A stretch of DNA of 64,000 nucleotides from Octopus sinensis (GCF_006345805.1 NC_042998.1:21824001-21888000); one strand, 5' to 3'. Counted from the stretch's first letter, positions 1-14,271 are shown. Notes: generated from the letters alone by a model not told the origin. A program made the numbers and translations.

Positions 1-700
1 AAAGTGTTCACAAAAATCATCAAGTGCTTTATTTCTGCCTTTTGTTGGACAGGATTCGCTTTTGTTTTTTACTACCGAGTCATCTTCGCTGGTGTAGTTC
101 TGAAGTGCTTCTGCGAGGCACAATTTTTCGGCAAAAATCCATAGTGTTATCCTCGATTTCATTCGGGTTTGATCTGCGAGGGGTTGGTGTAAACTTCAAA
201 CCTTCTTGCTAGAATTTTAGTTTGTGTAGTACTTAGGATTTTCTTTGATAAGTTGATTATTTTCGGTTGTTCATGTATATTTTGTTCCATTTCACATCTC
301 TGTTTATCTGATTTAGGTCTAAAGAAATGGTTGCAGTAGGTGGATTGTTGTGGGAAGTCTGTATTGTATTTAGTTTGGTATGAAGAAATTGGGTGTAAAG
401 TGTGTCTTTGGTAGTAAATTTGTTGTGGAGTGACTGCATAGTGGACTAAATTATGGTTATTCTGAGGGTTGTTACATTGTCCATAGTCGATGTGGTTTGG
501 GTTAAATTTATTGTTAATTTTGTAATGCAGGTAGAGGGAGAAATTATGGTGTCTAGTTAGGTTGTGTTTAGTTGAATACTTGAAGTATCCATGCTGAAAG
601 ATAAGTCTCGGAGGCAAATTCTTCCATTGTCTGTTAGATGATAGGGGTAGACTGGTAGGTAATGGTTCTCGAAAGTTTTGGTTAGTCTGAAAGCTTTGAT
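1..700 (-). mobile_element. Penelope-like element (PLE) ORF N-terminal region, frameshifted remnant
   Basis: Minus-strand translation gives IINLSKKILSTTQTKILA then (frameshift) GLKFTPTPRRSNPNEIEDNTMDFCRK, matching the IINLS...GLKFxPTP...FCRK motif that precedes the RT domain in PLEs. Confidence 0.75.
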
Positions 701-831
701 GGATCTTTTGATTTATGTGTGTGTGTATACATACATACATATATTTATGTATATGTGTATATATATATGTATATATATATATGTATATATATATGTGTGT
801 GTGTGTATATATATATTTATATATATTTGTG

Positions 832-871
<40 letters not shown>

Positions 872-2344
872 AGACTAGACTAGACTAGACTACCCATGAC
901 CCATTGTGTCACTGACAGTTCAGGTTATAAAACATTAAAGCTGATTTCAACATTGCATTGAAATGAAAGTTAATTTTATGATGATTCAGTTAAATATTTC
1001 AATTCGTTTGTGTCATCATAAGTCTGGTTTACAAATTCATGTCTAAGCTTTTATTGATTATTTACAGCAGCTAATAGAAACAGAACTTCCAAGATAAACT
1101 TGAACTCCAGTAACAGCATTTATTTATGGCACATGTGTACACTTCTACAAAAATGCAAAAGAAATTGTTATATATCATAAACAAAATTAATTGAAACAAT
1201 TTTCACAGTATTACATGTTCCCATTTTAGGGTTATCTTTCTTTCAGAGTATTTTCCCATTATACACGGTTTTGGCTATTTCTGAAGGTACCCCCAAAAAA
1301 CCACGTATCTCAAGAATCTGTGGTCTGATTTACATGAAAGTTGTTCATTCTGTTTGTATTCACATTTTAGAGGTGCCTTACTCGCAGAATAACACTGGTT
1401 TTAGCTGTATTAAATTACAGACAAGCATGCATGCAAGCAAGCACACTAGCAAATAAGCAATCACAGAGTTTTAGTAGTATATAGATATAAACTGACAGTT
1501 GTCAATTGTGGAACATGACTGTCACTACATAAACCTGATGATTGTGTAATGCATGAAAGAACTAGTTTATTTCAATATTGTAAAATTGCAAAAGCTGTAA
1601 AAAATAAAACAGGAAAATCAGACTAAATTGGAATTTCATTGATTAATATATTCTTCGATACATAATCATAGAAACTCAGATATATATCTATGTGTGTGTG
1701 TGGGGGGGGTTTGAAGGAATTTGGTCAACAGAAACTGCTACAAGCCTATTGTTTATATACATGATATCTGAGCTGTATGATGGACAGAAGGTTATGAGCC
1801 AATCCAATTTGCCTTTTGTCGGATTTGTTGCCAAAAATGTGTGTGGCCTCTTTATTGCTTATTTGTATCAGTCATTAACATTGTGGCCATGCTGGAGCAC
1901 TGTCTTGAAGAATTTTTTTTTAGTCGAATAATTCGACCCCAGTACTTATAATGTTTTCTTTTTTAGCCTGCCTCTTATTCTATCAGTTTCTTTTGCTGAA
2001 CTGCTAAGTTAAGTAGGTGTAAACACACCAGTACCAGTTGTCAAGTGGTGGTGGGGGATAAACACAGACACAAAGATATGCCATACACACAAACATACAC
2101 ACACACTCACATGCACACATATACATATATATATAAATTCGAAGTCTTTATGTGGGATGCGAACCCACTTCTCCTGTAAATATGACAAGCGTTCTACCAC
2201 CATTTATATACAACAAGCTTCTTTCAGTTTCCATCTAATAAATTCACTTATGAGGATTTGGTTAGCCTGAGGCTATAGTAGAAGACACTTGCCCAACATT
2301 CCACACAGTGGGACTGAACCCAGAACCATGTGGTTGGGAAGCAA

Positions 2345-2945
2345 ACTTTTTTGCCATACAGCAATGCCTATCCTCATTGTCGGGGAATCTGGATCATCTT
2401 CAGGTTTTTATTCTGTCACTTCCTCCTAATGTCTTCTCTAAGCTTTTCCAGTGTCTCACTGACCTACCCCATTCATGGTACTGCCAAATTTCAGAAGATC
2501 AAAGAGAATGACATTTTTGTCATCCAAAAAAAAGTTACCTATTTCTTTACTACCCACAAGGGGCTAAACACAGAGGGGACAAACTAGGACAGACAAACGG
2601 ATTAAGTCAATTACATTGACCCCAGTGTGTAACTGGTACTTAATTTATCGACCCCAAGAGGATGAAAGGCAAAGTCAGCCTTGGCGGAATTTGAACTCAG
2701 AACGTAACGGCAAGCGAAATACCACTAAGCATTTCGCCCGGCATGCTAACAATTCTGCCAGCTCACCGCCCTAGATCCAAAAAACAGTTACCATGACTTT
2801 CCGTGCCAGTCACTGGCTTGTGATCTTCTTAGACTCTGGAGATTAAGCGTGATGCCATTTCATGGACCAAGCCTTCGTTTCCAGACTATAACAATGCATG
2901 TATGTTTTGTCCCTTGTCACTAGATTGGAAAAGAAAAAAATTTCT
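2345..2945 (-). mobile_element. mariner (Tc1/mariner) transposase pseudogene fragment, interrupted by a SINE at 2540-2774
   Basis: Minus strand: FFSNLVTRDKTYMHCYSLETKAWSMKWHHA*SPESKK...VTVFW, then after the SINE DDKNVILFDLLKFGSTMNG...LEKLREDIRRK, collinear with mariner VTGDETW..YDPETKxQSxEW..SPxPKK..VMxTVFWD..GV and the segment leading to HDNA; stops and frameshifts present. Confidence 0.8.
2540..2774 (-). mobile_element. tRNA-derived SINE, family 1 (Nin/Deu-domain-like, octopus OR-type) with 18-bp TSD
   Basis: Reverse copy of GGCGGCGAGCTGGCAGAA...GTTCAAATTCCGCCGAGGTCGACTTTGCCTTTCATCC...GTCGATAAATTAAGTACCAG; flanked by ATCCAAAAAAAAGTTACC (2522-2539) and ATCCAAAAAACAGTTACC (2775-2792). Confidence 0.85.
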
Positions 2946-3019
2946 TCAGTGGTTTCAAACACTTCCAGTCGACCAGAGCAGACTTCTACAATTCTCTCCT
3001 TCAAATCTGGTGTTAACTG

Positions 3020-3335
3020 CCATGTTATTCATTTTGTTATTCATGTGCTGGTGCCACCTAAAAAGCACCATTGATGGAGCCAGTTCCATGTGCCGTGTAA
3101 AAATCCCTGCTGCTGGTGCCACATAAAAGGCACGGGTGCTGGTGCCACATAAGAAGCACCTGTGCTGGTGCCCTGTAAAGAGCACTTGGTACAATCTGAA
3201 AGCTGACATTGGGAAGGGCAGGCACTCATTGTAGAAACCATTCCAAAACAAACAATAAACCTTATCGGCTCCTGTCAAATTGTCCAACCCATGTCAGCAT
3301 GGAAAATGGATGTCAAATGACGATGATGATGATGT
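3020..3335 (+). mobile_element. Non-autonomous retroposon, family 3 (internal GTGCTGGTGCCAC repeats, GGAAGGGCA motif, (GAT)n tail; probably RTE-mobilised)
   Basis: Same body and ...CAACCCATGYCAGCATGGAAA...AAATGAYGATGATGAT tail as copies near 15780, 27980, 30100, 52680 and 55800. Confidence 0.7.
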
Positions 3336-5061
3336 TTATTTTCAATGGCAGAGTTTATTCAGCTCCTCATCACACCTCTAAATAACTGTGGACTTGTGAA
3401 CCACTCATGAATCATAGATTTTGTAATCACATCACGAGATCAATTTACAGCTAGGCCCATGATACTATTAAAGTTTACCTAAGACACGTTACTGAACAAA
3501 AGATAGAATGAAAAACCAAAACAAAAACAAAACTTCGATTGTTTTGTGTGTAAGCTACTGTGACTTTCACTCCTTGTATAAAAATTATTATTATTATTAA
3601 TTAATAATTTTGCTTTGTCAAAGATGGTGGGATTGGATGTTCTTTGAATTTTTTACTAAACCATATTCCTGACAATAACATCTGTTAATTCCCGCAAGAC
3701 TCTTGTTAAGGTTTTGTTGGGTGAAAGCAGAGATTTTTATGTTTGAATTTGAAGCAGACATTGTTAAAAATGTTAATCATCTCAGGCAGATGAAGCTAAA
3801 GTCAGATAATGAAATTATCATTTAAAATCTTGCAGTTTGCTTGAAGCATTATTAATTAAATATAAAAACACTAACAAGTGACAAAGGCTACAAATTACCG
3901 ATGACTTATTGAATAAATTTATTTTCATGAATATTTTTTTTCTCTCTTTCATCAGTTTTAATGAAGCCATTATCATTTCTTTTTATTTTGAAAATAAAAT
4001 ATCAATATTTAATAATTTTTTTAATTTTTAGAATAGGAAAGTCGAGTAAAGAAATGGTTAAGGCTAGAACCCATTATGCTGGGCTTTGCAGACAAACTGA
4101 CTTTGGGTCAACAGAAGCAATGGTATCTGGTACCGCAGATTTGTCCAATCCCATGCATGTACAAAAAAGCTGTTGCTAAAACAATGAATATTTGAAAACG
4201 GCAAAAGAATTTCTGAAATAGATGTTTGAAAACCACTACCATTCAATGACTATGCTGTATTGTTTGTCAGAGATAAGCTTCTGTCATTCATTCTGCTTTC
4301 TGCAGCCTTCCTCTCCATCTTTTTTGGGTTTTTTTGTTTTAGTTCTATGTTTTCTGTATTCCTTGTATATTTTCAAACCCTTTTATCTCGTTTCTTTTAT
4401 TTCTGAAACATCTATTTTGTATGAAGAAGGTAAAACGATATGAACTGTATCCAGAAGTGAAAATGAAATCTGAAAATGTATGGAACTGATTGAGACTTTC
4501 ATGTTTTACCATTCTGTCTGTTAAAACATTTACAAATGACAGTAATTGATTTATTTATCGATTTATTCAGATATTGTTTCCAATATTATTCTAACAGAAG
4601 TGTGGCAAGATGGCTGAATTGTTAGCACACCAGCAAAATGTTTAGCAGCATTTCGTCTGTCTTTATGTTCTGAGTTCAAATTCTACTGAGGTCGACTTTG
4701 CCTTTCATCTTTTCAGGTCGATAAAATAAGAACCATTTGAAGACTGGCGGGGTCTATGTAATTGACTTAACCCCCCTCCAACTGAAATGCTAACCTTATG
4801 TTAGAAATTTGAAACCAATTTTATTCAAACAGAATAATTCCACTGAAGTTGACAATACCTGTCATCCTTTTGGGGTCAGTAAATTAAGAACCAGTTCAGC
4901 TCTGGGGTTGATGTGATCAACTTACTATCACCCGAGAGCTGGCTGACCTTGTGCCAAAGTTTGAAATTAATATTATCCTAACAGAAGGGCAGCAAGTTGG
5001 TAGAATCATTAACATGTGGGTAAAATGCTTAGTAACATTTTGTCCATATTTCTGTTCTAAC

Positions 5062-5288
5062 TTAACCCTTTTGTTACTGTATTTCTGTTGAGATGCTCTG
5101 TGTTTCTTCCAATTACTTTAAATATAACAAAGAATTTAGTAAAATAACTTAGTTATCATTCAGCTTGTGTTAGGAATATAAATTGTGACTAAAATTGGTG
5201 GAAGATTTTAATTCAAAACCTATGAAAACAAGATATCTGTATTCAAAGCCAGAGCCGGTTTCAGCCGGGTTGGTAATAAACGAGTTAA
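5062..5288. mobile_element. piggyBac-like MITE
   Basis: TTAA at both ends (5062-65, 5285-88), CCCTTTTGTTAC left terminus and degenerate GTAATAAACGAG right terminus; a related right end GTAACAAAAGGG-TTAA occurs at 50291-50306. Confidence 0.6.
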
Positions 5289-5429
5289 AATTATGCAGAG
5301 GTCAAGTTTGCCTTTTATTCTTTTGGGGTTGGTAAAAGAAGTACCAGTTGAGCACCGGGGTTGATGTAATCGACTTAATCCCTCCCTAAAATCTATGGCT
5401 TTGTGCCAAAATTTGAAACCATTATCATT

Positions 5430-5795
5430 ATTACCTCTGCCTTAGTGAAGATATTGTCTTCAGCCATGTTTGTCTGTTTGTCCGTGGACAAGATAACTCA
5501 AGAACCACTGGATGGATTCAGATGAAATTTTTAGGGATGTTTGGCCTCATGACTGGCACAAACTGATTAAATTTTGGGATTGATCTGGTACCGGACAAGG
5601 ATTCTGGATTATTTTTCCGTTTTTCCTTTTTTACTTAAGTTTTGAGAGCAGTCGGGTTAATTTTTAGTATTCTCGATTGTGAGAGCAATCGAGTTCATTT
5701 CAGGTATTCTCGTTTTAAAAATCATCTCTGGCTAATCGTTGAGAGAACGTTGGCATTGCCTTGGCGGAGGTTTGCACTCTCTGAGTACTCTTGTT
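5430..5795 (+). mobile_element. Helentron-associated non-autonomous element (HINE/DINE-like)
   Basis: Subterminal inverted repeats ACCTCTGCC (5433-41) and GGCGGAGGT (5763-71), 3' stem-loop GCACTC-TCT-GAGTAC, internal GTCTGTTTGTCCGT and ACTGGATGGATTCAGATGAAATTT motifs typical of HINEs. Confidence 0.65.
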
Positions 5796-6239
5796 TATTA
5801 TTATGATTGTTAAGGTGGCAAGCTGGTAGAATCATTAGCATTCCAGACAAAATACTTAGTGGTATTTCATCTGTCTTATGTTCTGAGTTCAAATTCTGCT
5901 GAGGGAAACTTTGACTTTAATCCTTTTGGGATCAATAAAATAAGTACCAGTGAAACACTGGGGTTGGCGTAATTGGCTGGACCCCTTCCCCAAAATTTCA
6001 GGCCTTGTGCCTTTAATAGAAAGGATTATTATAATTATTTTCATTAGCATCTTCTTTCAATTTTGTTTCAGTTTCTTTCTGTGTGTCTTCTTGACACCTA
6101 GGGCAGAGAAATGTGCTGTATACATTGGTAGGCCAATAAAATAAACACACCAGATTGTTAATTTACAAAGTCATGTGATAGAGAAAAAGAGGAAGACAAA
6201 AAAAAAAGGAAAAAATAAAGTGGGGAGGAAAGAAAATTC

Positions 6240-6600
6240 ACAGCAAATACGTGTGACGTACCAGTTAAGACAACCTTTTGCATTTCCTGCATGGATTGTA
6301 AACCAGGAATCATTCTTAAATAATTTTCAGTTCCTTTTTTGATCATTCCAAGTGCTCCTACAATCACTGGTATTGTAACAGTCTTGAGATGCCACATCTT
6401 TACGATTTTGATTAGCAAATCTCAATATTTTCTGAGATTATCAAATTCTTTTGCCAAGGTCCTATGGTCACAGAGTATGCTGATGTCTATCAATAGACAG
6501 ACTTTACTGTTTTGGTCTTCCACAACAATATCTGGTTTATTTGCTTTGATGGTCCACTCTGTACATACTGGAAAGTCCCAAAGAATTATCACACATTTTC
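6240..6600 (-). mobile_element. Restriction-like endonuclease (RLE) C-terminus of an R2/NeSL/R4-group non-LTR retrotransposon, pseudogene
   Basis: ILWDFPVCTEWTIKANKPDIVVEDQNSKVCLLIDIS...KEFDNLRKY*DLLIKIVKMWHLKTVTIPVIVGALGMIKKG...MQKVVLTGTSHV shows the PD-(D/E)xK RLE and P.++GALG motifs; internal stop. Confidence 0.85.
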
Positions 6601-6605
6601 TCCCC

Positions 6606-6637
<32 letters not shown>

Positions 6638-7639
6638 TTCTACTCTAGGTACAAGGCCTGAAATTTTTAGGGAGGTGGACCAGTCAATTAGATCGACCCC
6701 TGTATGCAACTGGTACTTAATTTATTGATCCCCAAAAGGATGAAAGGCAAAGTTGACCTCGGTAGATCATTATTATTATTAAGAAGGCAGTGAACTGGCT
6801 GAATTGTTACCATGCTGGACAAAATGCTTAGTGGCATTTTGTTTATCATTACATTCTGAGTTCAAATTCCACTGAGGTTGACTTTGCCTTTCATCCTTTC
6901 TGGGGCGATAAAATAAGTACCAGCTGAGCACTGGGGATAGATGTAATCAACTTACCCCCACCCCAGAACTTACTGGCCTTGTTTCAAAACTTGAAGCCAT
7001 TATTATTGTTGTTGTTGGTGTTGTTGTGTTGGTGGTGGTAGTTGTTCTCCTTGTTCCTGATAGATATTGAATCTTTATGCAGAATGAAAAGAAGACACAG
7101 CGAGATATGAAACCTAGCCATTGTGAGAAGGTGCTTGGTTGCCACAGATAAAAACACCATATTCCTGCTAGTGAGCCAAATAACTGTTGTCAGCATTCCT
7201 TTGAAATTCTACAATTGTTTTCCCCCCTTTTTTTTTCCTTTTTTTTTTTTTTTTACAAGATCATAAATTAGTTTTGTTGAAAGCAGATTTTTCTCTTTTT
7301 CGTTTCCTATTTTTTTTCCTCCTTTCCTCTCTATTTTTTTTTTTTTTGGTTTAATGCCATTAGGTGGCTCCTTGTCGACAATATTCATGGAGATTTTTGA
7401 GTTGGGCCATATGGTAGATACTTGTCAAACGAGAATGGAATAAAGCTAAACGCTTTCTATATATATATATGTATTCAACGGTTCTCAACTCAAAGATGAA
7501 TCTTTAACTTGCAACAAAGAAATCACAAAGTTGGTAATGTATGCGCGTATGCGTAGAAGTAAGTGTGTATATTGTGTATATGTGTGTGTGTAAGAACGCT
7601 CGACTTTTATGTTGTCATGCCACCTGGTTTTTAGTGACA

Positions 7640-7676
7640 TGACAGTTCATACATACATACATATATAATACATGTG

Positions 7677-7709
<33 letters not shown>

Positions 7710-7809
7710 ATATGTGTGTGTATATGTAATGTGTATATATATGTATATATGTATATAAATGTATGTATACATGTATGTATATATATATATGTGTGTATAC
7801 ATGTATGTA

Positions 7810-7850
<41 letters not shown>

Positions 7851-8133
7851 GTACATATGTGTATGTGTGTGTGTATATATATATGTGTATATATATATGT
7901 ATATATATGTATATTGTCATCATCATTATTTGATGTCTGTTTTCCTTGCTGACATTGGCTGTATTTATACGTACATACATACACGCATACATATATGTGT
8001 GAGTGTGTGTGTATATGTATATACATATACACACCTATGTATATATATATAAATATGTGTATATGAGTGTGTATTTCTATATATGTTAACATATGTGTGT
8101 ATATATGTATGTATATGTATATATATATGTATG

Positions 8134-8166
<33 letters not shown>

Positions 8167-8200
8167 GTATATATACATACATGTCTGTGAATTTTATGTG
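7640..8200. repeat. Compound (TA)/(TG)/(TATG) microsatellite
   Basis: Direct reading; similar fields at 710-870, 11680-12130, 13770-14270, 24840-25600, 33620-34085, 34600-35180, 46080-46380, 51360-51775 and 56380-57160. Confidence 0.95.
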
Positions 8201-9067
8201 ATGCATGCTAGTGTGTGAAAGTGTCAGTCTATGTATCACCACAGCGCAAATGCGCATGTGTGTGCGTGCGTATGCATTGATATGCGTATGAAAGCATTTC
8301 TAGGTGAAATGCTTGCTCTGTTCATTCTTCGTGCTAAACATAGATAAACGGAGAATGTTTTGCTGGATTTGTGGGACGGTTAAGATAGTTTATCTCAAAG
8401 TTTCCATGTGCTCAAGTTTCTATAAGCTGCTTTAAAAGTGCTTCCACGCATCCTGGGAAAGGAAGAACTGTAGAACTGATAAACAAAGCAGAGGCACTTA
8501 CATGAAACAGCTTAGATGTCAAAAAAAAAAGAAGAAAAAGAAAGGCCCAAAACAAAGCAAAAAAAAAAAGCAAGTAAAACCCCATGAGGAATTTAAAATG
8601 GTTTCATATGAGGCATTATTCCACATGGTTGTTGCTGTAAATCAAAAATTATATATTACAAATAGCAGTTTCATTTGCTGTTGTGACAGAAGATAACAGT
8701 ATAAGATAATAATAATAATAATAATAATAATAGTTATACAGTGATGATGATGGTGATGATAATAATAATAATAATGATAATGATAATAATAATGATCCTT
8801 TATGTTATGGGCACAATGCCTGAAATGTGTGGAGAGGGAGTAAGTCGATTACATCGACCTCAGTGCGTAACTGGTACTTATTTAATCGACTCCGAAAAGG
8901 ATGGAAGGCAAAGTCAACCTTGGCAGAATTTGAACTCAGAACGCGATGGCAGATGAATACCACTAAGCATTTCGCCTAGCATGCTAATGATACTGACAAC
9001 TCGCTGTCTTAATAATGCTGCTGCTACTACTACTACTACTACTACTAATAATAATGATAATAATAAA

Positions 9068-9633
9068 TGTCTTGATGCAGTAACAAGCTGTGCCTCTCAT
9101 AGCTTCTGATCTTAACTGATTGGAAGTGTTATGTACATTGTTTTGTTTTGGTATAAAAGATGGGCTACAGCAAATATTCTGCTCAGTACCACAGATTTGC
9201 TTGTCAGTTGTTTGACCATAACCAGTTGAGCATGTCCCTTAGTGGCTGACGATATGTGCATCTCTGATCACGAGCAGAAGTAGTGGGGGAGCATCATAGC
9301 CATGTGTTGAGAGGATTTTTTTGAGGTTTGAAGAATTCACCTTAGGAAACAGGTGTTTTGTTCATCATCCTTAAACAGCCCTTATTCAGGGACCTTTTGA
9401 GTGTGGCGGGTTACTTGACCAGAAGAAAATTCTAACTGGGCCCCACCTGCAATGTCATGTGCCGTTTATCTTGATATGAGATCACCATGTCGCGCACATA
9501 CGGTTATGCTACATGTGCCTGGTATACCCTTATCAGACAAGTAGTCATGATGCGTTAACTGGGCTTCATATATTTTACCCCAGTGTCATTTTGATGGCAT
9601 GCACTGCTCTCTCACTCAATAATAATAATAATA
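9068..9633 (+). mobile_element. ~560-bp interspersed repeat with (AAT)n tail (probable non-LTR 3' UTR or SINE)
   Basis: Near-collinear reverse copy at 47945-48466; ends in CTCTCTCACTCAATAATAATAAT. Confidence 0.65.
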
Positions 9634-9944
9634 ATGTTTTCAAATTTTGTCACAAGGGCAGCAGTTTTGGGGGAGGGGATGAGTCGATTACATTGACCCC
9701 AGTGCATAACTGGTACTTATTTCATTGACCCTGAAAAGATGAAAGCAAAGTTGACCTCAGCAGAATATGAACTCAGAACGTAGCGATGGATAAAATACTG
9801 CTAAGCATTTTACCTCGCATGCTAATGATTCTGGCAGCTTGCTGTCTTATCTCAATAATAATAATAATAATAATGATGATAATAATGATAATAATAACTG
9901 CTTCAAGTTTTGACTCAAGGCCAGTAATATAAAAGGGAAAGAAT

Positions 9945-10172
9945 GGCAGTGAGCTGGCAGAATTGTTAGCACACTTGGCAAAATGCTTAGCGGTATTTCA
10001 TCTGCCGTTACATTCTGAGTTCAAATTCTGCCAAGGTCGACTTTGCCTTTCATCCATTCAGGGTCGATTAATTAAGTACCAGCTATGCACTGGGGTCAAT
10101 ATAATCGACTTAATCCCTTTGTCTGTCCTTGTTTATCCCCTCTATGTTTAGCCCCTTGTTGGCAATAAAGAA
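9945..10172 (+). mobile_element. SINE family 1 copy
   Basis: GGCAGTGAGCTGGCAGAATTGTTAGC...GTTCAAATTCTGCCAAGGTCGACTTTGCCTTTCATCC...AATAAAGAAATA. Confidence 0.8.
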
Positions 10173-10880
10173 ATAAATATAAAGGCAAAGGAGTTAGTCA
10201 AGACTGTAGATTCTGGTACTTGAATAAAGCTTTTTTTTATTAATCCCAAAAGGTGGAAAGCAATGTTGGCCCCAGCAGAATTTGAGTGATGGGGAGTGAT
10301 GGGGGAGTAATGTTGCTGTCATTTCCCTGTTAGTAGATTGTTCGCTAGATTTATGCCTTCAAGGTCACGTGGAATAATATGTCTTTGTTGAAAAACAGAT
10401 AAGTGTTGGTGACAGGAAGGGCTTCTGGTCATAAAATAAAGTAAAACTTCAATAGCATATCTGTCTAACCCATCCTACTGCGGGAAAAAAAATGGACATA
10501 AGTGGACATAGGCGTAGCTATGACCATTGTGGTTAAGAAGCTCACTTAGTAACCACATGACTTAAGGTTCAATCCCACTTCATGGCGCCTTGGTCAAGTG
10601 TCTTCTGCAATGGCTCTGGGAGGACCAATGACCTGTGAGTGAATTTGATAGATGGAAACTATGTGGAAGCCCATTATGTGTGTATGAATACATGTATAAG
10701 CATGTATATATGCGTGTGCGTATGTGTTTCTGTTTGTGTCTGTTTTCCCAACCTTTCTTGACAACCAGTGTTGGTTTATTTATGTCCTGGTAACTTAGTG
10801 GTTTGGCAAAATAGACTAATAGAATAAGTACCAGATTTAAAAGATAGGTATTGCTGTTCATTTGTTCAATTAAAAAAAAA

Positions 10881-11215
10881 TAATAATAATGAAATTATTG
10901 TATACAGTGCTCAGGTGCACCACAACTTGTCAAAAGTGCGTATAAAGCATATGCAGTAATGTACAAATGTCTGGAAAGCGAGCAGTGTATGAGTCAGATA
11001 CATGCTTGCGTGTGTATGGAGGGGAGCAAATCAGGTGTAATGTTGGTAAATCTCAGGAAGCATGGAAGTTTTGAAGGATGCAGTGCTCCGACAACTAACA
11101 ACTGTTGCCGGCAGTTTGTTGCATACTTCAGCAACTCTCAGCGTGAAAAAATGTTTCCTAAAGTCATGGGAGCTGTGCTGTTTTCTGACTTTGTAAATAT
11201 GTCCACGAGTGTTAG
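10881..11215 (-). mobile_element. CR1/L2-group LINE 3' end with (ATT)n tail
   Basis: Minus strand reads GHIYKVRKQHSSHDFRKHFFTLRVAEVCNKLPATVVSCRSTASFKTS, matching the CR1 C-terminal motif GH..K....RK.FF..RV...WN.LP..VV...S...FK. Confidence 0.8.
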
Positions 11216-11747
11216 ACGGGCTACTCCAGTATGGCTGCAGTCCAATGAGTGAAACAAGTAAAAGATTAAAAGAAAAAAAGACAGACTAACAAAACAAACA
11301 TATACCTTGCATCTTTTATCTTTTACTTGTTCCAGTCATTAGACTGTGGCCATGCTGGGGCACCAGCCTGAAGCATTTTAGCTGAATGAATCTACCTCAG
11401 TATTCATTTCATTTAAGTACTTATTTGATCAGTTTCTTTTGCCAAACTGCTATGTTATGGAGACAAACACAGGCACAAAATCATGCACACACACACACAC
11501 ACTCATAAACATATATTCACATACACACGTACATACACACACATGCTTATATGTACACGCATGCACACATGATGAGCTTCTTTTAGTTTCTATCTACCAA
11601 ACCCACTCATAAGACTTTGGTAAGCCTGAGGCTGTAGTAGAAGAAACTTGCCCAAGGTGCCATGCAGTGGGACCACACACACACACACACACACATACAC
11701 ACACACATATATGTACATATATGTCTATGCATATATGTATGTATATA

Positions 11748-11792
<45 letters not shown>

Positions 11793-11931
11793 CTGTATGT
11801 ATGTATATATATATATATATATGTCTGTATGTATATATATATATGTGTAACGGTGGTGCATTAGCATGGCCACAGCTCTGAGCTGAAACTAAAGAAAAAA
11901 AATATCTATATATCTGTGTGTAGTATATATA

Positions 11932-11963
<32 letters not shown>

Positions 11964-11992
11964 CACACACACACACACAACACACACACACA

Positions 11993-12023
<31 letters not shown>

Positions 12024-12091
12024 CACACATATACATGTATATACATGCACACCACACACACACACACATATATATATATGTATAGATATAT

Positions 12092-12124
<33 letters not shown>

Positions 12125-12538
12125 TCTGAACACTTGTACATGAATGCACAAATTACTGTAAACATGTACTATGTGGGTTGGAAAAGCAGGCCATACCTAC
12201 TCAGGCTTCAACTATAAACATTAATTATTAAATATAAAATGTAAATGATTTCCAATGCTAATTTTATGCATGGAATTCATTGCATAATTCAGTAAATAGC
12301 TAATAATTAGATATCAGACAGGCGCGATTTCCGCTCTTTATTCAACATCAATGTACATGAAGCTATTAATCTCACATGCTGTGAGTTCAGCTTCAGAAGA
12401 TGAAAAAAACAAAAACTGGAAAATGTGAAAAAAATAAGTGTCATAGAAGCAGAATAATATCTACTTACGCTCAGCTTCACAATGGAGTGAGGAATGTGCA
12501 AAAGAGTATATTTTCTTCTTTGTGATTGAGCTAATATT

Positions 12539-12573
<35 letters not shown>

Positions 12574-12934
12574 GAATGGTAGTAGTGAATAGGTTTGTGT
12601 GTCTATTTGTACTTGTGTGTGTGTACGTGTAGATACAACTTCATGGAAAAGTTAAAATATGCTTAACTAGAAGGTTATACATGTATAATTATTGTTAGTA
12701 TTTGTTGATATTGCATACCTAAGTACGATCTGCTGAACCTATCCTGTATTTACATATCTATATGCATTGCATGTATGTATTTATTTGTGTATGTATGTGT
12801 GTATGTATATGTGGATGTATATACACACACATAATAGTCTAGTCACACATTCATGTATAAACTTGCCCACACATGCACACACGACATGTATGTGTATTGT
12901 AGAAATGGAAAACCCAATATATATATATATATAT

Positions 12935-13155
12935 ATAATAAATTAATAAATAAAAGATATGCATATATACATACATATATGTACCTACATCTACATGTAT
13001 ATATACATGCATATATGGGTACAGGACACCAAAAAAACGTCGAACACAATGAGAAACGAAAACATAAACACAAACCAAGGAACTGGACATTTTTCTTAAA
13101 CAACAAAAAAATAGAGTACAGGACAAATAACACGGAACGCACGCATCCATTTCTA
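12935..13155 (-). mobile_element. (TA)n-anchored repeat family D
   Basis: GTACAGGACACC...GAACACAAYGAGAAACGAA shared with 44075-44350. Confidence 0.6.
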
Positions 13156-13180
13156 AGTAAGATTGTTCTATATATATATG

Positions 13181-13223
<43 letters not shown>

Positions 13224-13837
13224 TATCATCATCATCATCACTTACAAGGTTTTGGTCAGCCCAGAGCTATAGTAGAAGACACTTGCCCAAGGTGCCATGT
13301 GCTGGGACTGAACCTGGAACCATGTGATTGGTAAGCAAGCTACTTACCACACAGCCACTCCTGCACCTATATATACATACATACATACATATATATATAT
13401 ATATACACATCAAAGGAGATGATAGCATCAATCCTGGACATTCATCCTCCCTCTGCCTTCAGCACATTGTTTCTCATGGGATGTGGCTGACAAAACCGAT
13501 ATGAGATTCTGTGGCACCGAAGGCACTGAGATTGACCCTGAACAACAGCCGCAGGGATTTGTTGATGACATCTCATCCTCTCTTCTTGTGGTTGGTTTCA
13601 AGGCACTCTACTCCTGCATCACACATGTGGACTTCTGTGCCTTCTGATTAATAGCCAGGACCTCGAAATGATTGGGAAGAGACACATCATCCTCATCATT
13701 GTTTAACGTCTGTTTTCTATGCTGGCAGGGGTTGGAGATGGTTTGACAGAAGCTGCCCAGCCGGGGGGGGGTTGCTCAGCTCATTAATATATATATTATA
13801 TGTCATATATCAATCAAATAATGTTATACATATGTGC

Positions 13838-13870
<33 letters not shown>

Positions 13871-13936
13871 TATGTCTTGTATATATATATGCACACACAT
13901 GAACACATGCATACACTCACATGTATATACACATAA

Positions 13937-13967
<31 letters not shown>

Positions 13968-14236
13968 CTATATACACCATATATATAATATATATATATA
14001 TGCATGTGTATTTATGTGTGTATATATATATATAACATGATATACATATAATATATATACATATGTATGTATATTTATTTATATATGTATGTATGCATAT
14101 ATATATATGTATATATATATAATGTGTATATGTATAATGTATATATATGTATATATATAATGTATATATAATGTATATATATATTTATATGTGTGCATAT
14201 ATATGTGTGTGTCTGTGTGTATATATATATATGTGT

Positions 14237-14271
<35 letters not shown>

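Noticed and set aside
3961-4443. Short ORFs on both strands in a unique-sequence island
   Set aside because: Several frames are open and none resembles a known protein; splice signals conflict
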